Of a DNA stretch of 64,000 nucleotides, positions 54,540 through 63,367 are shown piece by piece. The DNA is from Clostridiales bacterium (GTDB lineage Bacteria; Bacillota; Desulfotomaculia; Desulfotomaculales; VENG01). Position 1 is the stretch's first letter, and every line of letters begins with the position of its first letter. A program made the position numbers and the translations under genes. The notes under the pieces are model-generated. The model made no database searches and had not been told where the DNA came from. It was given only the letters and a program-made list of their open reading frames with translations. The stretch lies in assembly GCA_016278505.1 (NCBI GenBank), contig JADQBQ010000019.1, positions 5,098 to 69,097 of the forward strand, read 5' to 3'.

Positions 54540-54594
54540 GAAATTTTAATGGTTTTTGAACATTAAAGTCTAACTGCCGGAATCAACCGTAAAT

Positions 54595-54631
54595 GATAAT
54601 AAACCCGGTGTCAGTACCCGGGTTTATTATC
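54595..54631. terminator. bidirectional-looking terminator hairpin
   Basis: GATAATAAACCCGG-loop9-CCGGGTTTATTATC, a 14-bp stem with A/T-rich flanks. Confidence 0.6.
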
Positions 54632-54678
54632 ATTAATATTAAAATTATATTACTCGAATTAGTTTAATCCTATTCTAA

Positions 54679-54906
54679 TTAACTCGCCTGTCGTGAAATA
54701 GTCTGTTTAGTCATAATTAAATAAATCCAATACCTAAGATTTTTGAGACCTTTGTGAGAATTCTCAAATTGCAAAGGTCGACAAATTTCAATTCCATGAT
54801 GGTCATAAAATTGTGCAATATTTTCATTTTCCATATTATTGTCTTTGCTAATAATTAATGTCTTACCGTATATTTGCAGTGTTGTTTTGTAGTTTTTTAT
54901 TTTCAT
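54679..54906 (-). CDS. orphan small ORF (75 aa) in the AT-rich islet
   Basis: ORF only. AGGAGG (rc of 54913-54918) lies upstream of the ATG. No family recognised. Confidence 0.35.
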   Translation of the reverse strand: MKIKNYKTTLQIYGKTLIISKDNNMENENIAQFYDHHGIEICRPLQFENSHKGLKNLRYWIYLIMTKQTISRQAS

Positions 54907-54938
54907 TTTTTTCCTCCTATGATTATTATCTTATTGAA

Positions 54939-55196
54939 TCAGTTAATAATTGTCTCAACTTTATTTAATTTTAATGAATTGTTCCCGCTAATGCTGCAAT
55001 CATAAATATATTCGAAGATGGCCGACCTTTTTAGGTGGGTAATATAAAAAAACGAAAAACTATCATATTTTGCCATGCTTTTCACAGAGTGCCTTTCATC
55101 CATCCCAAGGCCCTTATGATGCCAGCATGAACCTACATATACCCCTTCAGGGATCTTGTAATCACAACTGCGCAGGAAAACAATATAGCGTATCAA
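54939..55196 (-). CDS. orphan small ORF (85 aa) in the AT-rich islet
   Basis: ORF only. No family recognised. Confidence 0.3.
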   Translation of the reverse strand: MIRYIVFLRSCDYKIPEGVYVGSCWHHKGLGMDERHSVKSMAKYDSFSFFYITHLKRSAIFEYIYDCSISGNNSLKLNKVETIIN

Positions 55197-55345
55197 TTGG
55201 ATAGTTATGGCAGTGGTGCTACGAATGCCGGTAAGGCCATAGCTTGCATAAATCAGTTATCCAATATACAATTTACGTATCTGTTCTTATCAGCAGTTAC
55301 AAAATTACTTTTGGAGTGATTTCGGTGTCTGAAGATAATGAGATT

Positions 55346-55513
55346 ATGACCATTGGCCAGGTGGCCAAATACCTCCAAATAAGTGAGATCACCACATATC
55401 GCTTGGTTCAAGATGGAAAAATCCCAGCTTTTAAGGTTGGCCGCGGTTGGAGGATCAAAAGGGAAGATCTTAACGAATTTATTGAAAAACAAAAATGTGG
55501 AGAGAGTTTTTAA
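55346..55513 (+). CDS. excisionase-family / MerR-like helix-turn-helix protein (55 aa)
   Basis: MTIGQVAKYLQISEITTYRLVQDGKIPAFKVGRGWRIKREDL is the typical excisionase-type HTH. An alternative GTG start is at 55325. Confidence 0.7.
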   Translation: MTIGQVAKYLQISEITTYRLVQDGKIPAFKVGRGWRIKREDLNEFIEKQKCGESF

Positions 55514-55543
55514 TGGGCAAATTAAAGAATTGGGTGATATATT

Positions 55544-56203
55544 ATTTACAGGATACCCTGCAAGCTATGCGGAGAAGTTACCGAAAAAAATGAAAGTGTT
55601 ACATCTGCAGTTTATCACCACTGTCCCCATTGTGACTTTATATTTTTAGATAAGAAATATCTTATCGATGAGCAAGAGGAGCACTATCGGTATAAACAAC
55701 ATAATAACTCGATAGAGAACAAGGGTTATGTTAATAACTTTAATAAGTTTATAAAAACTGCTGGTATAGATACGTCTAAGGATCTAAAAATGGCTTTAGA
55801 CTTTGGCTGTGGGCCGGGGCCGGTACTAAAGGTTTTGTTGAATAGGCTGGGTATAGATGTTGATATATATGATCCGTTTTTTTTCCCGGAGAAGGTTTTC
55901 GTGGACAAACAATATGATCTAATAACCTGTACGGAAGTATTTGAACACCTTAAAAATCCTTTAGAGGTTTTAACGTTGTTAGAATCTCTGTTAAGGGAAA
56001 ATGGGGCTTTAGCTATTAACACTTTGTTCCATACTACCAACGATAACTTTAATCAATGGTGGTACCGTAAAGACACTACACATATCTGTTTTTACAGTCC
56101 GAAAACCTTTAAGTGGATAGAAAATAACTTTAATCTTGCCATTGACTTTATGGACAACCATAGTATATGTGTTCTACGCAAGACAAATAACAGTAAGTTC
56201 TAA
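55544..56203 (+). CDS. class I SAM-dependent methyltransferase with an N-terminal zinc ribbon (start codon unclear)
   Basis: Motif I LDFGCGPGPV. CKLC-x17-CPHC lies upstream in the same frame. The frame is open from 55538 but has no ATG/GTG/TTG before 55790. Confidence 0.6.
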   Translation: MYRIPCKLCGEVTEKNESVTSAVYHHCPHCDFIFLDKKYLIDEQEEHYRYKQHNNSIENKGYVNNFNKFIKTAGIDTSKDLKMALDFGCGPGPVLKVLLNRLGIDVDIYDPFFFPEKVFVDKQYDLITCTEVFEHLKNPLEVLTLLESLLRENGALAINTLFHTTNDNFNQWWYRKDTTHICFYSPKTFKWIENNFNLAIDFMDNHSICVLRKTNNSKF

Positions 56204-56308
56204 GTAGTTGGTTGAAGGTTACAAATGCAGCTTGATAGGCACGAGAATTGGGTAGACTTTGAATGTGCCTAACAAAAAATGTCAGGACAGGTGGGTAAGC
56301 ATTTAAAA

Positions 56309-57925
56309 ATGAATCAGGTAGAACTACTTAGCGAGGCTAAGAGACGAAGGACATTTGCCATTATTTCACACCCGGATGCCGGTAAAACCACTTTAACCGA
56401 AAAATTATTGTTGTACGGAGGGGCTGTACGCCTGGCGGGCAATGTAAAATCCCGCAAATCAAAACAATATGCCATGTCTGATTGGATGGAGTTGGAACAG
56501 AAAAGAGGTATTTCGGTAACCTCAAGTGTTTTACAGTTCGAGTACCACAAATTAAAAATAAACATACTGGATACTCCGGGACACCAGGATTTCAGTGAAG
56601 ATACCTACCGTACGCTAATGGCTGCCGACAGTGTGGTTATGTTGATTGATGCAGCCAAAGGGGTGGAGGAGCAAACAAAAAAATTATTCCGGGTGTGCAG
56701 GGACCGGGGCATACCTATCTTTACCTTTATTAACAAGATGGACAGGCATGGAAGAGAACCTTTGGACCTGTTGGACGAAATAGAGAAAACGTTTCATATA
56801 AAATCCTTTCCCATGAATTGGCCGGTGGGCAGGGGAAGTGAATTCACCGGCATCTATGACCGGCAATCTGCCCAAATAGAACTTTTTACCGGCAACAGGC
56901 AGGGCCGGACTGTAGTTCCCACCAAGGTGGGTAACTTGTCTGATTCGGACATTGCCGGTGCACTGCCCGAACCGGTATTCGACCAGTTGAAGGAAGATAT
57001 AGAACTGCTGGACTTAGCCGGAGACCATTTTGATTTAAAACTAATCGCTCAAGGGGAATTAACACCGGTTTATTTCGGCAGTGCCCTGACCAATTTCGGG
57101 GTTCGTTCTTTTCTGGACTCATTTATTGAACTGGCTCCGCCACCAAGCGAAAAAACAACGGGGAAAGGTACTATTAGCCCCGAAAATGAAGAGTTTTCAG
57201 GGTTTGTCTTTAAAATTCAGGCCAATATGAATCCTGCCCACCGGGATAGAGTTGCCTTTGTTCGCATTTGTTCGGGCAGTTTCACTCGGGGGATGCTCGT
57301 AAAGCATGTTCCCACCGGCAAAACCCTACGTTTATCACAATCCAGGCAGTTTATGGCCCAGAGTACAGCTACTGTAGATGAAGCATATCCCGGAGACATC
57401 GTGGGTATTTTTGATCCGGGTATATTTCGCATCGGCGATACACTAACGGAAAAAAGCAGCTTTGACTTCGAGGCCTTTCCGCCCTTCCAACCGGAGATGT
57501 TCGCCAGGGTACACCTGCGGGATGTTATGAAAAGAAAGCAGTTCATGAAAGGGATGAACCAGCTGGCTGAAGAAGGGGCTATACAAAAGTTTCAGCTGCC
57601 GGATATTGGCCTGGAGTCCCCGGTAATAGGGGCGGTGGGGGTGCTTCAGTTTGAAGTGCTGGAACACAGGTTGACTCATGAATATGGCCTGGATATATAT
57701 CTTGAGCAACTTCCTTACAGTGTTGCACGGTGGGTCACGGGACAGGATTTGAATCCAAAATCGCTCAAGGGCAGGGGAAACCTGGTGGTACAAGACGATG
57801 AAGGTAATTATGTGGTATTATTTAGAAACGAATGGGCTCTAAACTGGGATGCCAAAAATAATACTAAAGTAAAATACCTTGAACATCCTCCTCGGGAAGA
57901 ATTGAGAAGGGAAAGGTTTAGGTGA
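56309..57925 (+). CDS. prfC: peptide chain release factor 3
   Basis: RRTFAIISHPDAGKTTLTEKLL, DTPGHQDF and NKMDR motifs. Size about 538 aa. Confidence 0.9.
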   Translation: MNQVELLSEAKRRRTFAIISHPDAGKTTLTEKLLLYGGAVRLAGNVKSRKSKQYAMSDWMELEQKRGISVTSSVLQFEYHKLKINILDTPGHQDFSEDTYRTLMAADSVVMLIDAAKGVEEQTKKLFRVCRDRGIPIFTFINKMDRHGREPLDLLDEIEKTFHIKSFPMNWPVGRGSEFTGIYDRQSAQIELFTGNRQGRTVVPTKVGNLSDSDIAGALPEPVFDQLKEDIELLDLAGDHFDLKLIAQGELTPVYFGSALTNFGVRSFLDSFIELAPPPSEKTTGKGTISPENEEFSGFVFKIQANMNPAHRDRVAFVRICSGSFTRGMLVKHVPTGKTLRLSQSRQFMAQSTATVDEAYPGDIVGIFDPGIFRIGDTLTEKSSFDFEAFPPFQPEMFARVHLRDVMKRKQFMKGMNQLAEEGAIQKFQLPDIGLESPVIGAVGVLQFEVLEHRLTHEYGLDIYLEQLPYSVARWVTGQDLNPKSLKGRGNLVVQDDEGNYVVLFRNEWALNWDAKNNTKVKYLEHPPREELRRERFR

Positions 57926-59622
57926 ATATGGTTAGAACGAGAAAAAACTCACTGGCATTGATGCCGCTGGGCGGTATTGCGGAAATAGGCAAGAATATGC
58001 TGGCTATGGAATGTAATAACGATATTATTGTAATCGATGCGGGACTGAAATTTCCTACGGAAGAATTGCCAGGTGTCGACTTGGTGATTCCTGACATCGG
58101 TTATTTAAAAAATAATCTGCAAAAAATAAAGGGGATTATTCTTACCCACGGGCATGAAGATCATGTGGGCGCTTTGCCATTTGTTTTAAATGAGATTAAT
58201 GTTCCCGTATACGGCACTTCTTTAACGGTGGGGATTGCCGGTAGGAAGTTATTGGACCGGGATAGCCGTAGCAAAGGTAAAATTAATGACTTCTCTTTAA
58301 ATGTCATAACGCCTGCGGATAAGCTGAAACTGGGTTGTTTTAAGATAAATTTTTTCCGGGTTAACCACAGCATCCCCGATGGCGTGGGCCTAGCTATAGA
58401 AACTCCTGCCGGGCTGGTTGTTCATTCCGGCGACTTTAAAATCGATCAAACGCCCATCGATGGGCATGTGATGGAACTGGGGAAACTGGCCCAGTGGGGG
58501 GAGCGGGGAGTTCTCCTGTTTATTTGCGATACCACCAATGCCGACAGAGAAGGATACACCCCTTCCGAAAAAGTGGTGGGTGAAACGCTACTGCACTATT
58601 TTGCGCAGGCTAAACAACGTATAATTGTTACCACCTTTGCTTCCAACGTTCACCGTATACAGCAAATTGTAAACGCTGCCGTACTGTATAACCGCAAGAT
58701 TGCTCTTGCGGGCCGGAGTATGATTAACGTGGTCGAGGTTGCTACCGATTTAGGTTACCTACACATCCCAGACCATACCCTGATCGAAATTAACGAGGCC
58801 AATAAATTGCCGGGTGAGGAAGTTGTGATTATTACTACCGGTAGCCAGGGCGAACCAATGGCTGCTTTAACCAGGATGGCCCAACAGTCACACCGGCAGG
58901 TGGGGATAAAGCCAGGTGATTGCGTAATTATTTCTGCTAATCCTATTCCGGGCAACCAAAAATTAGTAGCGCGGACCATTGATAATCTTTTCCGTATTGG
59001 TGCACAAGTGGTATATAAGATAGACGGTACGGTGCACGTTTCAGGACATGCTGCTCAGGAAGAGATTAAAACTCTGGTTAACATTCTAAAACCAAAGTAT
59101 TTTATGCCCTTTCATGGTGAATACAGGCATAAAATGAAATTTGCACAGATGGTTGAGGGAATGGGCATCCCTAAGAATAATGTTATCTTTGCTGAGTGCG
59201 GGGACCGATGGGAATTTAACAAGCAGCAGGTCAGTTTGAATGGCAAGGTTACTGCCGGTGACGTTATGGTAGACGGGCTGGGGGTTGGCGATGTAGGCAA
59301 TATAGTTTTACATGATCGCCAGAGTTTATCCACCGAAGGCATCATTGTGGTGGTAATGGTAATTGATAAAAAATACGGTACGCTACTTGCCGGGCCGGAC
59401 ATTATTTCCCGGGGATTTGTTTATATGCGAGAAAGCACTGAATTACTAGATGAAGCTAAAAAACACATTACTAAAGAGTTGAATGATTTACCTGCAGCTC
59501 GGCTCAAAGAATGGTCAACAGTTAAAGGCACAATAATAAGGTCATTGTCTTCTTTTCTATATAAACACATTGGGCGCAGGCCGGTTATTTTACCTGTCAT
59601 AACGGAGTGTCGAAAGGAATAG
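57922..59622 (+). CDS. rnj: ribonuclease J
   Basis: PLGGIAEIGKNM, LTHGHEDHVGA, beta-CASP and C-terminal domains. Overlaps the prfC stop. Confidence 0.9.
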   Translation: MNMVRTRKNSLALMPLGGIAEIGKNMLAMECNNDIIVIDAGLKFPTEELPGVDLVIPDIGYLKNNLQKIKGIILTHGHEDHVGALPFVLNEINVPVYGTSLTVGIAGRKLLDRDSRSKGKINDFSLNVITPADKLKLGCFKINFFRVNHSIPDGVGLAIETPAGLVVHSGDFKIDQTPIDGHVMELGKLAQWGERGVLLFICDTTNADREGYTPSEKVVGETLLHYFAQAKQRIIVTTFASNVHRIQQIVNAAVLYNRKIALAGRSMINVVEVATDLGYLHIPDHTLIEINEANKLPGEEVVIITTGSQGEPMAALTRMAQQSHRQVGIKPGDCVIISANPIPGNQKLVARTIDNLFRIGAQVVYKIDGTVHVSGHAAQEEIKTLVNILKPKYFMPFHGEYRHKMKFAQMVEGMGIPKNNVIFAECGDRWEFNKQQVSLNGKVTAGDVMVDGLGVGDVGNIVLHDRQSLSTEGIIVVVMVIDKKYGTLLAGPDIISRGFVYMRESTELLDEAKKHITKELNDLPAARLKEWSTVKGTIIRSLSSFLYKHIGRRPVILPVITECRKE

Positions 59623-59650
59623 TGGTAATATTCCAAGCGACGGAACAAAA

Positions 59651-59682
59651 AAGCTTCGGGCTATATGCCCAAAGCTTTTTGC
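59651..59682 (+). terminator. intrinsic terminator
   Basis: AAGCTTCGGGC-loop-GCCCAAAGCTT (one mismatch) followed by TTTTGCTTT. Confidence 0.55.
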
Positions 59683-59811
59683 TTTCTATACGATGATTTT
59701 TTATTAAATAGTTCCCCTGTAACGCGTAAAATGCGTTGACATTATTAATGTTATAACATATCATAATAAATGATAGCGGCCGAGTTATTTTACGTTTTGG
59801 GGGGAAAACAT

Positions 59812-60777
59812 GTGAATATCCTGGTTAAGGTTTTGCTTATTGCCGGTCTGGTCTTTGTTGTTTTAAACATTGCTCTGATAGGGCGGTTTTATCTGGGAAA
59901 GCAACGCATTGAGGCGAACAACCGCGAGATTACACAACATAAGATTAATCTTGCAACGGTTGACCGTTTGACAGTCTACCCAATAGTTGATCTGCTGGCT
60001 ACAGGTAAAAATTTAAAAACCGAACCCGGAACATCCTTTCTTATTGCAACAGATAGTGATAATATTCTATTTGATGTTGGTTATAACATCAAACAGGAAG
60101 AGGTTTCACCTTTGTTATACAATTTAAAGCAGATGGATATTAGTTTGGACGATATAAACGCCCTGGCTATCAGTCACAATCACGCTGACCATGTTGGGGG
60201 GTTGTGCTTTAAAGATAACAAGGTAGAACTAACCAAGGGTACTGTTAATCTCCATGGCAAAAATATTTTTACTCCCGTACCCATGACCTGCGATACGGCA
60301 GTGGCTCAGACCGTCGAAAAGCCAATGCATATCGGTACAGGCATCGCCAGTACCGGACCTTTGGCTGAGCAGATGTTTATCCCTGGTAGGCTGAACGAAC
60401 AGTCTCTATTAGTTAATGTTAAAGAAAAGGGACTGGTACTTATTTCGGGTTGTGGGCATCCCGGTATAATCAGAATGGTTAAGGCTGCTCAAAAAATTAC
60501 CGGTATTCCCGTTTATGCTGTGGTTGGTGGGCTGCACCTGTATTACACGCAGCCTGAGGCAGGTTTTTGGGGAAATATCTTTGGCAGCAGTAAACTATAC
60601 TGCGGGACTCCAAGCAGGGAGGAAGTGGTTGGTATAGTAAACGAACTTAAGAAATTGGGCGTTAAAAAAGCTTATATATCACCCCATGATGCTGATCAAC
60701 CTACTCTGGAAATCTTTGCTGACCAGTTTGGAAAAGATTATGAGCCGCTTACTGTGGGCAGTCCGGTTATTTTTTAA
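59812..60777 (+). CDS. MBL-fold metallo-hydrolase with an N-terminal TM anchor
   Basis: SHNHADHVGG motif. GTG at 59812 lies 6 nt after GGGGGGA. Confidence 0.8.
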   Translation: MNILVKVLLIAGLVFVVLNIALIGRFYLGKQRIEANNREITQHKINLATVDRLTVYPIVDLLATGKNLKTEPGTSFLIATDSDNILFDVGYNIKQEEVSPLLYNLKQMDISLDDINALAISHNHADHVGGLCFKDNKVELTKGTVNLHGKNIFTPVPMTCDTAVAQTVEKPMHIGTGIASTGPLAEQMFIPGRLNEQSLLVNVKEKGLVLISGCGHPGIIRMVKAAQKITGIPVYAVVGGLHLYYTQPEAGFWGNIFGSSKLYCGTPSREEVVGIVNELKKLGVKKAYISPHDADQPTLEIFADQFGKDYEPLTVGSPVIF

Positions 60778-60814
60778 CAGATACTTCTACAGATAAAGGA
60801 AAGAGGTTAGGTAA

Positions 60815-61657
60815 ATGTACTTAAGGGTCAAAAAGGATAGTGTTACCAGCATCCTTCTTTTTATCTTTAACGTGTTTTTGCTGGAGAGAGGGGTAACTTC
60901 CGTGCCGCTCAAAAAAATATTTAAGCTGCTCGAGCCTTTTGAAAAAAGCGAGACATCGATCAGGATGGGACTTTCCAGGGGAGTGCAAAAAGGCTTGTTT
61001 GTTAACGAAAAGCAGGGACCAGATGTTTATTATCGATTAACAGGCAAGGCTATACAAAGTTTTGACTACTGGCAGCGAATTCTGGCCCGTTTTCAGTCAA
61101 GAATTAAGTTGCAAAATAAAGATTGGGACGGGAATTGGAATATTGTATTGTTTAATTCACTAAATCTAAAAAAATCTGTGAGTGACATTGATCAATTTAC
61201 AGGGGCTTTGGAGCAGATAGGCTACGGCAGCTTGAGTAAAGGTCAATGGGTGTCACCATATGACTTCTCCGGTGATGTGCAAAAGTTGGCGGAAAAACTC
61301 GGCCTAAAAAATGAGTTGTTCCTTATTCAAGGAATCCTGCAAAACAAAAAACCGGAAACCATTGTCTCTGAGATTTGGCCGGTTCATAAATTAGCAAAAA
61401 GGTACAAAAAATATGAACAACTTATGCATGAATGGGTGGATAAATTAAATTCTGAATCCAATCTCGGCAGTGTTCTTACCTTTCTTTACCTTTTTGGCTC
61501 GGAGCTATTTGAAATCATACAGGATGACCCGCAATTGCCGGTGGAACTACTCCCGTCTGATTGGCAAGGTCCCCAAGTTGCCTGCGGGTTTTGGGAAATT
61601 AGAGAACAAGTACTTCCTGGGGCTAAGAACTTTCTCAGTCAAATTCTTCAGGAATGA
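60815..61657 (+). CDS. PaaX-family transcriptional regulator
   Basis: PaaX-like N-terminal winged helix (SETSIRMGLSRGVQKGL) and C-terminal domain. Size 280 aa. Confidence 0.75.
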   Translation: MYLRVKKDSVTSILLFIFNVFLLERGVTSVPLKKIFKLLEPFEKSETSIRMGLSRGVQKGLFVNEKQGPDVYYRLTGKAIQSFDYWQRILARFQSRIKLQNKDWDGNWNIVLFNSLNLKKSVSDIDQFTGALEQIGYGSLSKGQWVSPYDFSGDVQKLAEKLGLKNELFLIQGILQNKKPETIVSEIWPVHKLAKRYKKYEQLMHEWVDKLNSESNLGSVLTFLYLFGSELFEIIQDDPQLPVELLPSDWQGPQVACGFWEIREQVLPGAKNFLSQILQE

Positions 61658-61973
61658 AATGTGGCAAATAGGTACTACCTGAAAGCTGAAAAGATGATTT
61701 CATTGTAGAACAATCTCCGGTATTTTTTGATTACCTTCACTTGAACTTATTATCTTTCCATGTAGCTATTTTATCTCCTTACCCCTTTGAATACCGCAAT
61801 AACCGCGGGTCGGAGGGTAATCTCAGCCGGTAATCTAAAATGAAGCCTAACAATCTTTTTACTGGCGCCCCTTTTAAATGGGGCGATTCTTTATTTTTAA
61901 TAACACTTTTCAACTCCACTTCATAATATAAGGTGGAAGTTGAATTATCCCATTTCCGAAAGGAGGATCATTT

Positions 61974-62087
61974 ATGGCTTATGGTGCTGGTGCCGGTGGA
62001 GGCGGATTAATTCTTTTCTTAATCCTAATCCTGTTAGTGTTTGGAATGGGTTTCGGTGGCGGTGTTTGTCAAGTAGAAGATAAATAA
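61974..62087 (+). CDS. YjcZ-like tiny TM protein (37 aa)
   Basis: MAYGAGAGGGGLILFLILILLVFGMGFGGGVCQVEDK. AAAGGAGGA lies 7 nt upstream. Not in the ORF track. Confidence 0.65.
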   Translation: MAYGAGAGGGGLILFLILILLVFGMGFGGGVCQVEDK

Positions 62088-62119
62088 CTTAGAATAACAT
62101 CACAAAGGAGGGATATTAA

Positions 62120-62242
62120 ATGGCATATGGTGGTGGTACGGCCGGAGCAACCGCGCCTTACTTCGATGGTAGTTTTATACTGTTCCTGATCCTCATACTG
62201 TTGGTATTTGGTATGATGCCGTTCTTCGGCGGAGTTTGTTAG
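62120..62242 (+). CDS. YjcZ-like tiny TM protein (40 aa)
   Basis: MAYGGGTAGATAPYFDGSFILFLILILLVFGMMPFFGGVC. AAAGGAGGGA upstream. A tandem paralog of the preceding gene. Confidence 0.65.
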   Translation: MAYGGGTAGATAPYFDGSFILFLILILLVFGMMPFFGGVC

Positions 62243-62275
62243 TAGAAACTAATAACAAAAGAAGTTACCTCTCGA

Positions 62276-62310
62276 AAATTACCCCTTTAATTGAGGGGTA
62301 ATTTTATTTT
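62276..62310. terminator. bidirectional terminator
   Basis: AAATTACCCCT-loop7-AGGGGTAATTT followed by TATTTTT. Lies between convergent genes. Confidence 0.7.
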
Positions 62311-62324
62311 TGTTGCCTTATATT

Positions 62325-62933
62325 TCATAAATCCCGGTCATTAGTACCGGTTGGCGAAGCATTAGAGGATGGTGAAAAAGTCTTTGTATGGTTTTCATGG
62401 CTGTGTTTTTGCGGGGACGGGCAAGCAAGAACCGTCCCCACTTGCTGGTGGCAGCGTAGTGTTACCACACCCACAATGTACCCTGTAACCAACGCTGATA
62501 CTAATAAAACTGGAAGATACACATAGACCCGGAAATCTTGAATGATTAAAGCAGCGACGAATAATTGCCCTGTATTATGAGCCACAGCCCCTAAAAGGCT
62601 TATATTTATAATGGATACGTGCTTACCAAATTTTTGCCACAAAACGGCCATCACAACGGTGCTTAACAGCCCACCACAAATACTGAACAAAAACCCTATT
62701 GGATTTCCCCCCACCATAGCTGCCAGAGAACACCGTAAGATTACTATTAAAAGGGCATCCTTCCAACCCAGCATAAGTATGGCCAGGAGGGTAATCACAT
62801 TAGCCAGGCCCAGTTTAATCCCCGGAATAGCAACGGGGATGGAAATGAACCTTTCCACAATACTTAATGCCGCTGCCTGGGCGATAAACAATGATATCAG
62901 CACCAGGCGCTTTGTGGTTAACATCTTTTGCAC
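62325..62933 (-). CDS. Gx transporter family protein (heptaprenyl diphosphate synthase component I-like)
   Basis: The typical N-terminus LVLISLFIAQAAALSIVERFI.IP..PGIKLGLANV. The last ~40 aa are hydrophilic and partly encoded by the repeat. Confidence 0.75.
   Translation of the reverse strand: MQKMLTTKRLVLISLFIAQAAALSIVERFISIPVAIPGIKLGLANVITLLAILMLGWKDALLIVILRCSLAAMVGGNPIGFLFSICGGLLSTVVMAVLWQKFGKHVSIINISLLGAVAHNTGQLFVAALIIQDFRVYVYLPVLLVSALVTGYIVGVVTLRCHQQVGTVLACPSPQKHSHENHTKTFSPSSNASPTGTNDRDL
62413..62443. repeat. partial copy of the 50836-50885 palindrome
   Basis: 62419-62443 is identical to the right arm (50861-50885). GGGGACGG (62413-62420) is retained from the left arm and forms an 8-bp hairpin. 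Confidence 0.8.
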
Positions 62934-62971
62934 TCCCTCATTAATTAAATAATTTCAACAAACAGGTTCAC

Positions 62972-63367
62972 TCAGAATGATATGTCATCCACATTATCTG
63001 ATCTGCCCTCAATAGAAATTTTCAGCCGGTTGGGCATACAAACGGCTATTTGGCCGGGCTTATGCAGCCAGCCGGTATGAACGCATATTTTACGGGGGCA
63101 ATCGGCTTCTTTAATACGTACTGCCTTTCCTTTAATTTCAATGGTGTTGAAATGCCCTCCGGAGGTGACATTAAACTCTTTATGAAGGTCTTTGGTTAGG
63201 TTAAGTTTTTGATATAACGCACCGTTTTTGTAAATAACCAACACTGGTTGTCCATGGTCCTGGCTTCCCTGGTATATGTATAGAACTATAAAGCTTAAAC
63301 CAGCTAAAACAATTAGTCCGCCTGTTATCCACTTATTTATATTGTTCATAACTAAAATCACCGTCAA
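62972..63367 (-). CDS. NusG domain II-containing protein
   Basis: N-terminal TM, then IEIKGKAVRIKEADCPRKICVHTGW...GQIAVCMPN, typical of the NusG_II family. Confidence 0.8.
   Translation of the reverse strand: MTVILVMNNINKWITGGLIVLAGLSFIVLYIYQGSQDHGQPVLVIYKNGALYQKLNLTKDLHKEFNVTSGGHFNTIEIKGKAVRIKEADCPRKICVHTGWLHKPGQIAVCMPNRLKISIEGRSDNVDDISF

Noticed and set aside
55584-55590. The A7 homopolymer as a frameshift or phase-variation site joining the ATG at 55513 to the methyltransferase frame.
   Set aside because: The first CxxC of the zinc ribbon (55559-55570) lies upstream of the A-run and is already in the methyltransferase frame. A slip at the A-run therefore cannot be the join, and the frame-1 peptide has no recognisable features.
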